This document shows, in pieces, positions 8,506-16,982 of a DNA stretch of 16,982 nt. Source of the stretch: Pirellulales bacterium (GTDB lineage: Bacteria > Planctomycetota > Planctomycetia > Pirellulales > JAICIG01); the NCBI GenBank assembly GCA_040901675.1, contig JBBDYJ010000043.1, positions 1 through 16,982 on the forward strand, read 5' to 3'. The position numbers and the translations under genes are program-made. Position 1 is the stretch's first letter; each line of letters begins with the position of its first letter. The notes below the pieces were generated by a model. It had not been told where the DNA came from. It worked only from the letters and a program-made list of their open reading frames with translations, and searched no databases.

Positions 8506-8586
8506 GCGGTTTCATTCTTGATGGGAATCGAGTAGCCGGACGCCCTAGGTTCTGGTGAGCTGACGAGCGCCCCGAATTCCGGCAGC

Positions 8587-9150
8587 ATGGCAATCAGGCT
8601 AAACGGCATGCCGGCCCGTATGGCCATTTCGGTCGTTATACTCGTGGGCTTGGCATTGGTGCTGGCGCTCCTCTTTGGTCGACCAGACCTGGTGTCCATT
8701 CTCGCGGGCCTACTCTACTGCTGCGTGGTTGGACTTGGGCTTGTAAACGTGTCGTTGTTATGTGCCCGTGCCCTGCGTGCCAGGAGCTGGCCTACCACTC
8801 GCGGCACGATCGTTGAAGCGACCGTCAAACCGGCACCTCTGGGACCACATGGACGATTGTTGTATGGACGACATGTTGTGTACGAGTATCAAGTGCGCGG
8901 AGAGAGATTGCTCGGTAAGAAGGTGCGGTTTGGCGAGCTCTACTGGGCTTGGCCGATGTGCGCCCGCTGGTTCCTGCCACGGCGTTTTTCCGCCGGTGCA
9001 CCCGCGGTTGTCTATTACAGCCCGACCGACCCAAGCGACGCCGTTCTGGAGCCGGGGCTTAACGTCCTCTCGTGCTCCGCCTTCGTGTTCATGCTGGCTC
9101 TCAATGTGCCCACAGCGATGGTGATCTATAAGGTGGTGCAAGCGATCTGA
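8587..9150 (+). CDS. DUF3592-like membrane protein
   Basis: Two N-terminal hydrophobic helices; RSWPTTRGTIV...VYEYQVRG...VYYSPTDPSDAVLEPG; C-terminal TM helix. Start could be 8587, 8608 or 8620. Confidence 0.75.
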   Translation: MAIRLNGMPARMAISVVILVGLALVLALLFGRPDLVSILAGLLYCCVVGLGLVNVSLLCARALRARSWPTTRGTIVEATVKPAPLGPHGRLLYGRHVVYEYQVRGERLLGKKVRFGELYWAWPMCARWFLPRRFSAGAPAVVYYSPTDPSDAVLEPGLNVLSCSAFVFMLALNVPTAMVIYKVVQAI

Positions 9151-9227
9151 TTCCTGCCTACAATGGGGCGCGGTTGCGAGGTTTTATCCGCTTCCCACGG
9201 ATACGATCTGAAAGCCCGGGATCTTCA

Positions 9228-12200
9228 GTGGCCAGAAGAATCGATCGCACCGAGCGTACAGTTCGATCGCTCGCCTTCGTCTTATGCGCCTCGTTTCTTG
9301 CCCTTTGGCCTGCCGCCACGCTTTCCCAGGAGCCGCCCCCCATCGAGCACCCGCCGCCGCATTCACCCCGAGAGGCTGAAAAACTGTTCAAGGTCCCCGA
9401 CGGCCTGGAGATCCACCTGGTGGCCAGCGAGCCTGAGCTGAGCCAGCCGTTGTCAATCAGCTTCGACGATCGCGGCCGCATGTGGGTGTTGGAGTACCTG
9501 CAATACCCGATTCCCGAAGGACTCGAACCGGTCGAGGTCGATCAGTACCTGCGCACCCGGTACAACACGGTCCCCAAGCCGCCGCCGCACGGCCCGAAGG
9601 GACGCGACCGCATCTCCATCTTCGACGACGCCGACGGCGATGGCCGCTCCGACACGGTGAAGCGCTTTGTCTCGGACTTGAACCTGGCGTCGGGCATGGC
9701 GCTGGCCGGCGACGGCGTCTACGTGGTGCAGCCGCCGTACCTGCTGTTCTATCCCGACCGCGATCACGACGACCTGCCCGACTCGGACCCCGACGTGCTC
9801 TTGTCGGGCTTCGGCATGGACGATGCCCACGCCTTCGCCAACTCGCTCACTTGGGGGCCCGACGGCTGGCTGTACGGCGCGCAGGGGAGCACGGTCACGG
9901 CCAACATCCGCGGCATCGAGTTCCAGCAGGGCGTGTGGCGCTACCACCCGCAAACGGACCAGTTCGAGCTGTTTGCCGAGGGGGGCGGCAACTCGTGGGG
10001 CATCGACTTCGACCAGTTCGGCAACCTGTTCGCCGCGGGCAACACCGTCGAGCCGCTGGTGCACCACGTCGAGGGCGCGTATTACGTCAAAGGCTTCGGC
10101 AAGCACGGGCCGCTGCACAACCCGCACGCCTACGGCTACTTCCTGCCGGTCAAACACCATGGCTACGCGGGCGACAGCCTGACCGGCGGCGCCGTCATCT
10201 ACCAGGGCGGCGCCTTTCCGCCCCGCTTCGACGGCGCCTGCATCGCCCCAAACACCCGGCACAGCGCCAGCCGCTGGAGCACGCTGGAGACGGCCGGATC
10301 GACGTTTGCCACGCGGGCCGCGGGCGATTTTATCACCACCAGCGACATCTGGTTTCGACCGGTCGACTCGACGGTCGGCCCGGACGGCGCCTTGTACGTG
10401 GCCGACTGGTACGACTACAACATCTCGCACTCCAACCCGCAGAACCGCAGCAAGTGGTACATGCCCAGCCGCGGCGACGGCCGCGTGTGGCGCGTCGCGC
10501 CTGCCAGGTTACAACCGGTCCGATCGCGCGCGATCGACCTGGCCGAGCGCGACGGCGGCGAGCTCGTCGAGCTCTTGGCGCACCCCAACGACTGGTACGC
10601 CCGCCAGGCCCGCCGCATCCTGGCGGAACGCCGCGATCTGTCGCTAATGCCTCGGCTCGAAAACATCGCGCTCACGGCCGAGAACCAGCGGCTCGCCCTG
10701 CAGGCGCTCTGGTCGATCTACGTGATCGGCGGACTCGACGACCAGGTGGCAACGCTCGACAGCCCGCACGAATATGTGCGCGCCTGGACCGTCCGCCTGC
10801 TCGGCGATAGCCGGGCGGTTTCAGCCACCGTGCATCCTAAGCTGGTCCAGATGGCGCGTGACGAGACCAGCGTGGTCGTCCGCAGCCAGCTCGCCTGCAC
10901 CGCCAAGCGGCTGCCCGCCGAGCAGGCAATCCCCATCGTCCGGCACTTGCTCACGCATGACGAAGACGCGGCCGATCTTCACGTCCCCCTGCTCGTCTGG
11001 TGGGCGATCGAAGACAAGGCCGTGGCGCACCCGGCACTGGCGCTCGACCTGGTCGTTTCGCCGGATGCCTGGCGATTGCCGCTCGTCGAGCAGTTCATCG
11101 CCGAGCGGCTGGCGCGCCGCTACGCGGCGGAAGGCACCCAAGACTCGTTCGAAGCCTGCGCCAAGCTGCTGGCACTGGCGCCCAGCCAAGCCGACACCGA
11201 CCGCCTGGTGGCCGGCTTGGTGGCGGCCCTCTCCGGACGGCGGCTCGAAAGCGTGCCCGAACCCCTGGCGGCCCCGCTGGCAAAGCTCCTCCACGGGCGG
11301 GGCCATGATCCCGGCGTGCTTCAGCTCGCCTTGAGGCTGGGCCATGCCCAGGCCCTCGACCTGGCGGCCGAATTGATTCACGACCGGTCGTTGGACGACG
11401 GCTCGCGCGTGGCACTGGTGCAAACTTTAGGCGAGATCCGCGCGGAATCGACTCTCGATCGCCTGTTGGAATTGCTCGATGCCGGCGGCCCTGACCAGCT
11501 CGTGTCGGCTGTCGTGGCCGCCTTGGGCCATTTCAACGACGGGCGTGTCGCCGAGGCGCTGCTGGCCGCCTATCCCACCCTTGGCGGCGAGCCGAGATCG
11601 CGCGTCGTGCAGCTTCTGTGCGGCCGGCGCGAATGGTCCGCTCGCCTGGTCGAAGCCGTCGTGGCGGGCCAGATCGATCCCGCGGCTGTGTCGGTCGACC
11701 AGGTGCGGCAGGTCCTCGACCACGGCGACGGCCGTATCGCCGAGCTAGTTGGCCGGCAGTGGGGCAGAGTTCAGCCTTCGACGCCCGCCGAGACCCAGGG
11801 CCGCATCACCGCCATCCTGCAGATGCTGGCTCGAGCGGCCGGCGATGCCGCCGCCGGCGCGCCCGTGTTCGAAAAATCGTGCGCCACCTGCCACAAGCTG
11901 CACGGCCGCGGCAACACGCTCGGCCCCGACCTGGTTGGGGCCGAGCGGCTGGACCGTGAAAAGCTGGTCCGCAACATGGTCGATCCCAGCGCCGTGGTCC
12001 GGCAGGAGTACATCGCCCACGTCGCGGTCACCGTCGACGGCCGCGTGTTGACCGGGCTGCTGGCCGAGGCGGCGCCCGAGACGATCACGCTACTCGATGC
12101 CAAGAACGAGCGGACCGTCCTGCGGCGGGACGACGTAGAAGAGCTGCGCGAGTCGCCCTTGTCGCTGATGCCGGACCGCATCCTCGACGAGCTCACCGAC

Positions 12201-12293
12201 CAGCAGATACGCGACTTGGTGGCCTATGTGCAGTCCCAGACCGATCCATCGCCGGCCCAGGCCGCCGCCAGCGGCGCCGGAGCCGGACAGTGA
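9228..12293 (+). CDS. PVC-type heme-binding CxxCH protein (putative membrane-bound dehydrogenase: beta-propeller, HEAT-like repeats, cytochrome c)
   Basis: FKVPDGLEIHLVASEP, FDDRGRMWV, WGPDGWLYG, FRPVD...GPDGALYVADWYD; helical repeats; C-terminal CATCH...GPDL...SLMP. GTG 9228 is chosen over the track's TTG 9174, but the start is uncertain. Confidence 0.9.
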   Translation: MARRIDRTERTVRSLAFVLCASFLALWPAATLSQEPPPIEHPPPHSPREAEKLFKVPDGLEIHLVASEPELSQPLSISFDDRGRMWVLEYLQYPIPEGLEPVEVDQYLRTRYNTVPKPPPHGPKGRDRISIFDDADGDGRSDTVKRFVSDLNLASGMALAGDGVYVVQPPYLLFYPDRDHDDLPDSDPDVLLSGFGMDDAHAFANSLTWGPDGWLYGAQGSTVTANIRGIEFQQGVWRYHPQTDQFELFAEGGGNSWGIDFDQFGNLFAAGNTVEPLVHHVEGAYYVKGFGKHGPLHNPHAYGYFLPVKHHGYAGDSLTGGAVIYQGGAFPPRFDGACIAPNTRHSASRWSTLETAGSTFATRAAGDFITTSDIWFRPVDSTVGPDGALYVADWYDYNISHSNPQNRSKWYMPSRGDGRVWRVAPARLQPVRSRAIDLAERDGGELVELLAHPNDWYARQARRILAERRDLSLMPRLENIALTAENQRLALQALWSIYVIGGLDDQVATLDSPHEYVRAWTVRLLGDSRAVSATVHPKLVQMARDETSVVVRSQLACTAKRLPAEQAIPIVRHLLTHDEDAADLHVPLLVWWAIEDKAVAHPALALDLVVSPDAWRLPLVEQFIAERLARRYAAEGTQDSFEACAKLLALAPSQADTDRLVAGLVAALSGRRLESVPEPLAAPLAKLLHGRGHDPGVLQLALRLGHAQALDLAAELIHDRSLDDGSRVALVQTLGEIRAESTLDRLLELLDAGGPDQLVSAVVAALGHFNDGRVAEALLAAYPTLGGEPRSRVVQLLCGRREWSARLVEAVVAGQIDPAAVSVDQVRQVLDHGDGRIAELVGRQWGRVQPSTPAETQGRITAILQMLARAAGDAAAGAPVFEKSCATCHKLHGRGNTLGPDLVGAERLDREKLVRNMVDPSAVVRQEYIAHVAVTVDGRVLTGLLAEAAPETITLLDAKNERTVLRRDDVEELRESPLSLMPDRILDELTDQQIRDLVAYVQSQTDPSPAQAAASGAGAGQ

Positions 12294-12303
12294 CCGCATC
12301 CTG

Positions 12304-12427
12304 CATCGAGGTAGCAGGACTCGCCAGAGTTCTGGAGAAGTGCACAACAGCCCGACATCGAGGTAGCAGGACCCGCCAGAGTTCTGGAGAACTGCACAAC
12401 GGCCGAAATTCTGGCGAATTCCGCTAC
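12304..12427. repeat. GTAG-type REP cluster: two direct copies plus one inverted copy
   Basis: 45-bp direct repeat at 12304-12348 and 12356-12400 (2 mismatches), each containing GTAG-CAGGACYC-GCCA-GAGTTCTG. Inverted unit at 12405-12427 reads GTAGCGGAATTCGCCAGAATTTC on the minus strand. Confidence 0.85.
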
Positions 12428-12537
12428 GTGACCCCGTCTGACCCCCCTTCAGCCCCGGTAAGCAGGGCGGGCAAGACGCCCATTGTTCAATGACGTGGCA
12501 CGAGTTCGCTCCCCATCTAGCACGTGCTCTGCGTTGG

Positions 12538-13176
12538 TCAGTCGGGAGCGTTGGGCGTTAGAGCGACTGTGATCGGAACCGGACCGCCGTAGAGGTCCCA
12601 ATGCGTCGCACCAAACTGATCGAGCGGCATCTGAAGGGGGCGATATCCATCGGCGAGGATTTCAACAAACTGCCCGTGCAGATCTATGGAGCCAGACTTC
12701 TCGAACAATCTGTCCGACCCTATGGCCGGGAACTTTGCCGTCAGCGCAATCTTGCCGTCCATGCCAGTTCGGCCGGCCACTCCTCCGGGAATCATGTACG
12801 GCCCCCAGAGACGTACGGAGGCGTCCGAAACCGGCTGCCCTGTGGTGACGTCCACGACGGTGAAGACGACGACTTGGGTGCGTCTACCGATCCATTTCGT
12901 GCTGACACCACCGGTGAAACCAACAACCAATGACATCGCGATTACGGCAACACCGCCGGATGCAAATGCCGAGCGCCGGTGTCTATATGCGACCGCCATG
13001 AGCAGCAAACCGAACGAGCAGCCAAACGCAACACCTCCGAGCAGGCCGAAGGAGACGACCAGGGCCAGAAAAATGCACAGCAAAGTGATCGCCAAAAAGG
13101 CTGTGGCAAGACGAAAGCGAAACCGCCAGGCAAGCGGGTTTCTTTCCGGCTCAGGAGCGGACGCAAGTGGATTCAT
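12538..13176 (-). CDS. Membrane protein with C-terminal carboxypeptidase-regulatory/prealbumin-like beta-sandwich domain
   Basis: N-terminal RFRFRLATAFLAITLLC followed by about three TM segments; VVDVTTGQPVSDASVRL...TGMDG...ADGY motif. Confidence 0.7.
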   Translation of the reverse strand: MNPLASAPEPERNPLAWRFRFRLATAFLAITLLCIFLALVVSFGLLGGVAFGCSFGLLLMAVAYRHRRSAFASGGVAVIAMSLVVGFTGGVSTKWIGRRTQVVVFTVVDVTTGQPVSDASVRLWGPYMIPGGVAGRTGMDGKIALTAKFPAIGSDRLFEKSGSIDLHGQFVEILADGYRPLQMPLDQFGATHWDLYGGPVPITVALTPNAPD

Positions 13177-13233
13177 CTTAAAATCGGGCGGGGCGAGAAG
13201 CGGGGACGCACGGTGAGCGCAGCCAGCACACCT

Positions 13234-13440
13234 CTAGTCCGCGTGGGGCCCGGTAGGCGCACGGCTTGCCGGCGGCTTCACCGTCCTCAACTTCAACTTG
13301 GTTTGAATCTCCTCGAACGCCGAGAGCGTTTGCTCCACGTGCCGGCGAAGATCCCCACCCGCCTCGCGGCTGAACTGCTCGCGAATGCGGCGCACATCGC
13401 CGATCGCGGTTTCTTCGGCTTGCTCCGGTTCACTCGCCAT
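13234..13440 (-). CDS. Small hypothetical protein (68 aa), resembling the small proteins seen next to PIN-domain genes
   Basis: AIGDVRRIREQFSREAGGDL resembles the 'DPIVEEVRRIR...' small helical family (from recall). An extended -10 lies just upstream of ATG 13440. Confidence 0.6.
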   Translation of the reverse strand: MASEPEQAEETAIGDVRRIREQFSREAGGDLRRHVEQTLSAFEEIQTKLKLRTVKPPASRAPTGPHAD

Positions 13441-13447
13441 GCTGACT

Positions 13448-13456
13448 ATTGTACCA
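13448..13456 (-). promoter_or_regulatory. Extended -10 promoter TG-G-TACAAT
   Basis: Minus strand reads TGGTACAAT-agtcagc-ATG. Confidence 0.55.
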
Positions 13457-13527
13457 TCACCCGACCGTCCCGGACCACGCCGGCAGTCTGGAAGCAGTGG
13501 CTTGGACACAATTCTGGCACTCTCCCG

Positions 13528-14838
13528 TTACGAAGTGGCCGGGGCGGGCGGCGCGGAGGAAAAGGCGCGGCGCAGAAGCGGAACGAGAAGCCAGCAGCCG
13601 GCGGTGAATGCCGCGCCCGTGAAAATCAGCGCCTCGAAGGCGCCGCGGGCGGCTGCGGCCGTTTGCCCCGCCTCGAACCACGTGCCCCCCATGCTCGTGG
13701 ACACCAGCGTGCTCAGGTTCGACAGCGCCATCAACAACGCGAAGGCCGTGCCGGCCACGCGGGCCGGACAAAGCTGGGCCGCCAGGTCGAACTGGATCAA
13801 AGTCGCCGTCATGTAAAAAAATCCACTCAGCACGCTGATCCACACGGCCGACGTCCGATCGGCCAGAAACAAGTAACTCAAATTGCTGGCGATCCCCAGC
13901 ACGATCGCCGCGTGGACCAGCGCCAACCGCGAAAGGCGGCGGCAAAACAGCCCGTAGGTCACGCAGGCCGCAATCGAGCCGGCCGCCGACAGCGAAACCA
14001 TGTCGCCGTAGAAGTCGCGGCCCAGTTGCAGCGGCCCCGTGGCATACAGTTGCAGCACGGCGTTGGAAAAGGGATTGAAGCTCCACAAAAACAAAAAGCC
14101 CGCGATCACGGCCATGCCGCGGCCGCGGCCCGCCAGCCATAATTCCCGCCCCCCTTGCCGCCACTCGGCGCGGCGCGTCCGATCGCGCGGCTCGCGGACG
14201 GCAAACATGGCGACGATCAACGTCAGGCCCAGCAACACGGCGCAGATCAAATAGCCGCTTGCCGCCAGGCCGTGCTGGCTGAGCCGCCCACCCAACGAGC
14301 CGGCCAGCAACGTGGCCGCGTACATCGAGCCCCACTGGATGGCCTGCAGCTTGCCCGTGATGCCCAATTGCTGTCCGCGCTCGACCATCAATGCGTCGAT
14401 GACCACGTCGCAGAAAGCAACACTCACGGTGGGGACCAATAGCAGTGCCAAGAGCAGGCCGCGAGAGCCGGCGGGCAGCGCCACCACCGAGAGCCCGCCC
14501 AGCGTCACGGCCGCCAAGGCGCTGAACAGCACCAGGTAGCTTTTGCGTCGGTAGCCGGCCAAGGGGACAAAATCGGTCAGCAGGCCGTACAGCGGCTTGA
14601 GCGACCAGGGAATCGCCAACAAGGCGGCAAAGGCCGTGATCTGCCCGGGCGTCTGCTGCCACGACTGCAACAGCGCGATGACCGGCTGGGCGATCAATCC
14701 CTCGGTCGGCTCGGCGATGCCCTGCACAAAGTACATGGCGCCGAACAACAGCCCGAGCGGCCACCAGCTTCGCCAGTCGGCGGCGGGCTTTCGATCGGCT
14801 TCAAGCGGAGTTGCCGCATACGGGTTGATGAGGCTCAA
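13528..14838 (-). CDS. MFS transporter, folate-biopterin transporter (BT1)-like
   Basis: About 12 hydrophobic segments; YFVQG, PWSLKPLYGLLTDFVPLAGYRRKSYL and DVVIDALMVE are typical of BT1. The TTG start overlaps the upstream TGA (TTGA). Confidence 0.85.
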   Translation of the reverse strand: MSLINPYAATPLEADRKPAADWRSWWPLGLLFGAMYFVQGIAEPTEGLIAQPVIALLQSWQQTPGQITAFAALLAIPWSLKPLYGLLTDFVPLAGYRRKSYLVLFSALAAVTLGGLSVVALPAGSRGLLLALLLVPTVSVAFCDVVIDALMVERGQQLGITGKLQAIQWGSMYAATLLAGSLGGRLSQHGLAASGYLICAVLLGLTLIVAMFAVREPRDRTRRAEWRQGGRELWLAGRGRGMAVIAGFLFLWSFNPFSNAVLQLYATGPLQLGRDFYGDMVSLSAAGSIAACVTYGLFCRRLSRLALVHAAIVLGIASNLSYLFLADRTSAVWISVLSGFFYMTATLIQFDLAAQLCPARVAGTAFALLMALSNLSTLVSTSMGGTWFEAGQTAAAARGAFEALIFTGAAFTAGCWLLVPLLRRAFSSAPPAPATS

Positions 14839-15914
14839 TCGAAGGCTCGCTTCTTGGCTGCCTGCTCGGCGCGCCTGGCCGCATCCTCGACCAGCAGGCA
14901 GATGAAATCGTTGTAGGCGGTACCCGAGGCGGCCAGCGCCCGGGCAAAGCCCGCGCTGGGGCTGAGGTCGGGATTGGCGTTCACCTCCAGAATGAACGGC
15001 TGGCCATGATCATCGACGCGCAAATCGACGCGGGCATACTGGCGGCAGCCGGTCAAGCGAAAGGCCTCCAAGGCCAGCCGCGCGATCCGGTCGACAAGCT
15101 CCGGCGGAGCGTCCGCCGGACAACGGACGGGCGTGCCGCCGAAGTCGGCGCTGTCCGGCTGCCACTTGGCTTCGTAAGTGACCAGTTGCGCTCCGCCCGG
15201 CGCAAACTCGATCTCCGAAAGGGGCAGCATCCGTAGAGATCCTTCAGCCGCCTCCTCCCACGGCTGGCCCGCAAGCCCGGACCCCAGGTCGACCAGGGCC
15301 GCGTTGAATTCACGGCCGGCGATGAACCGCTCCACGAGCACCTCGCCGTAGAGCGAGCGCACGCGCTCGATCTGCTCCACCAGCGCGTCGAAGTCGGCGA
15401 CGACGCTCTGCCGGCCGATGCCCAGGCTGGCATCCTCGCGGGCCGGCTTGACGATCAGCGGCCCCTGCGCCAGCGCATGCTGAAAGGCATGGCTCTCGAG
15501 CGGCTCGTCCGGGCGAACAAGCTGAAACGTTGGCGTCGGCAGGCCGGCACCAGCGAACAACCATTTCGCGCGGGGCTTGTCGCGGACCAGCGCCAGGCAA
15601 TCGGAACTCGCGCCGGTGATCGCCGCGCCGAACAGTTCCAGCAGGCCGGCCACCTGCGATTCGCCGCCGCCGCTGCCCGCCAGCCCCTCGCACAGATTGA
15701 ACACGATGGCGGGCGGGCGGTGGGAAAGAGTCTCCACCAGCGGCACCAGGGCAGCGGGATCCGAAGCCACGGCCAGCCGTCGCGGCCGGTGCCCCCCCAC
15801 CAGCAAGGCCGCCGCGATGGCCTCGACCGCCTCCAGCACGCCGGACTCCGAGGCGCGGTCGGCATGGTCGAGCGCCAGCACCGGCTCGTTATACAGGACC
15901 ACGACGTCCAGCAT
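14835..15914 (-). CDS. D-alanine--D-alanine ligase-like ATP-grasp protein (second of pair)
   Basis: VFNLCEG, DKPRAK, PLIVKPAREDASLGI, VERFIAGREF, TYEAKW, YARVDLR, LEVNANPDLS. Confidence 0.88.
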   Translation of the reverse strand: MLDVVVLYNEPVLALDHADRASESGVLEAVEAIAAALLVGGHRPRRLAVASDPAALVPLVETLSHRPPAIVFNLCEGLAGSGGGESQVAGLLELFGAAITGASSDCLALVRDKPRAKWLFAGAGLPTPTFQLVRPDEPLESHAFQHALAQGPLIVKPAREDASLGIGRQSVVADFDALVEQIERVRSLYGEVLVERFIAGREFNAALVDLGSGLAGQPWEEAAEGSLRMLPLSEIEFAPGGAQLVTYEAKWQPDSADFGGTPVRCPADAPPELVDRIARLALEAFRLTGCRQYARVDLRVDDHGQPFILEVNANPDLSPSAGFARALAASGTAYNDFICLLVEDAARRAEQAAKKRAFD

Positions 15915-15945
15915 CGGAACAGGATCTTGGTAGGTTTTCGCTCCA

Positions 15946-15969
15946 GTAGCCGGATTCGCCAGAATTCGG
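15946..15969 (+). repeat. GTAG-type REP element between the two ligase genes
   Basis: GTAG-CCGGATTC-GCCA-GAATTCGG, the same family as 12311-12427. A degenerate inverted partner may end near 16012. Confidence 0.75.
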
Positions 15970-16022
15970 GCCGTGCCCGCCTCTCCACATACTCCCGGCG
16001 CTTTTCCGCTGCCCTCGACAAC

Positions 16023-16982
16023 CTACAGCCTACAGCCTCCCTCTACAGCCTGCCTCTCCATGGCGGCCTCGAGAATCTTTGAGATCAACTCGCGGTGAGT
16101 CATTCCCAGTTGCCCGGCCATCAGGACCAGGTCCCCCGACTCCGGCGACAGGCCCGGCAAGGGATTCGCTTCCAGAAAATACGCGGTGCCCTGCTTGAGC
16201 CGGAAGTCGATCCGCGCCACGTCGCGGCAACCCAGCGCCCGCCAGGCGGCCAGGGCCGCCCGCTCGACCGCGGCGGTGTCGGCGGCCGAGAGCCGGGCCG
16301 GGCATTCGTAGCGTACCAGCCGCCGCCAATCGCGCTTCACTTCCAAGCCGTAGATGAACGGACCGGGCCGCGTGGGCACGATCCGCATCACGCCCAGCAC
16401 GCGGGCCGGGCGATTGCCGACGACGCCCACCGTCAGCTCGTCGCCGTCGATGAACTCTTCCACCAGGATCGGCTGCCGGTAGGCGTCGGCCAGCGAGGCG
16501 ACCGCTTGTTCCAGGGCCCGTTGATCGTGGACGAGGCTGGCGGAACGGATGCCCTTGCTGGAGCCTTCGTAGGCCGGCTTGACGATCAGCGGCCAGTTGA
16601 AACGCGCCAGGGCGCCCCGAACGGCGTCGAGATCGCCCTCTTCGACGAGCACCCAGTCGGGCGTGGCCACGCCGGCCTCGCGGACCAGCCGCTTGGCGCA
16701 GTCCTTATCCAGGGTGACCGCCAGGGCCAGCGGATCGGACCCGGTATAAGGGATGCCGAGCATCTCGAGCACGCCCGGCACGCGGGCCTCGCGCGAGCGG
16801 CTGCACCCCTGGCCTTCGGCAATGTTGAGCACCAGGTCGGGGCGCGGCCCGCCAAGCAGCTTGCGGAGCATCGGCTCGCCGTCGCCCAGCAGCTCGACCT
16901 GGTGCCCCAGGCCCGCAAGTGCGTCGGCCAGGGCAGCAATCGTCTCCGGAGCGTCGAACTCTTCTTCATCGTCGGCTTTGCC
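16023..16982 (-). CDS. D-alanine--D-alanine ligase-like ATP-grasp protein (first of pair, 5' end outside window)
   Basis: Frame is open to the window edge (GKADDEEEFDAPETIAALADAL...). Motifs VLNIAEG, SREARVP, IPYTGSD, VKPAYEGSSKGI, VEEFIDG, ARIDFR, LEANPLPGL. Confidence 0.88.
   Translation of the reverse strand, partial: GKADDEEEFDAPETIAALADALAGLGHQVELLGDGEPMLRKLLGGPRPDLVLNIAEGQGCSRSREARVPGVLEMLGIPYTGSDPLALAVTLDKDCAKRLVREAGVATPDWVLVEEGDLDAVRGALARFNWPLIVKPAYEGSSKGIRSASLVHDQRALEQAVASLADAYRQPILVEEFIDGDELTVGVVGNRPARVLGVMRIVPTRPGPFIYGLEVKRDWRRLVRYECPARLSAADTAAVERAALAAWRALGCRDVARIDFRLKQGTAYFLEANPLPGLSPESGDLVLMAGQLGMTHRELISKILEAAMERQAVEGGCRL

Noticed and set aside
12304..12400. Mini-CRISPR or target-site duplication
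   Set aside because: Only two copies 7 nt apart with a GTAG-hairpin core. No transposase or cas gene nearby.
12979..14764. ORFs 12979-14142 (+) and 13457-14764 (-)
   Set aside because: Shadow frames of the MFS transporter and neighbouring genes.

Overview
High-GC bacterial window whose gene content (PSD1/DUF1549-DUF1553 cytochrome c protein plus DUF1501, PVC-type heme-binding CxxCH protein, exported prenyltransferase-repeat protein, REP-like repeats) points to a Planctomycete (inferred from family content). Gene order: 2Fe-2S ferredoxin (-); a probable exported thioredoxin-fold selenoprotein (+); prenyltransferase/squalene-cyclase repeat protein (-); PSD1 cytochrome c protein and DUF1501 pair (+); REP cluster; DUF3592-like membrane protein (+); PVC heme-binding dehydrogenase-like protein (+); second REP cluster; membrane protein (-); small orphan protein (-); BT1-type MFS transporter (-); two D-Ala-D-Ala-ligase-like ATP-grasp genes (-, the last truncated by the window edge). 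The main finding is that ORFs 645-926 and 936-1943 are in the same frame, separated only by an in-frame TGA (924-926) in a C-T-U motif at the thioredoxin active-site position. A hairpin matching the bacterial SECIS consensus follows the TGA. This predicts one 432-aa selenocysteine protein with a SelN-like active-site region, which standard annotation would split in two. All family calls come from motif recognition, not database searches.
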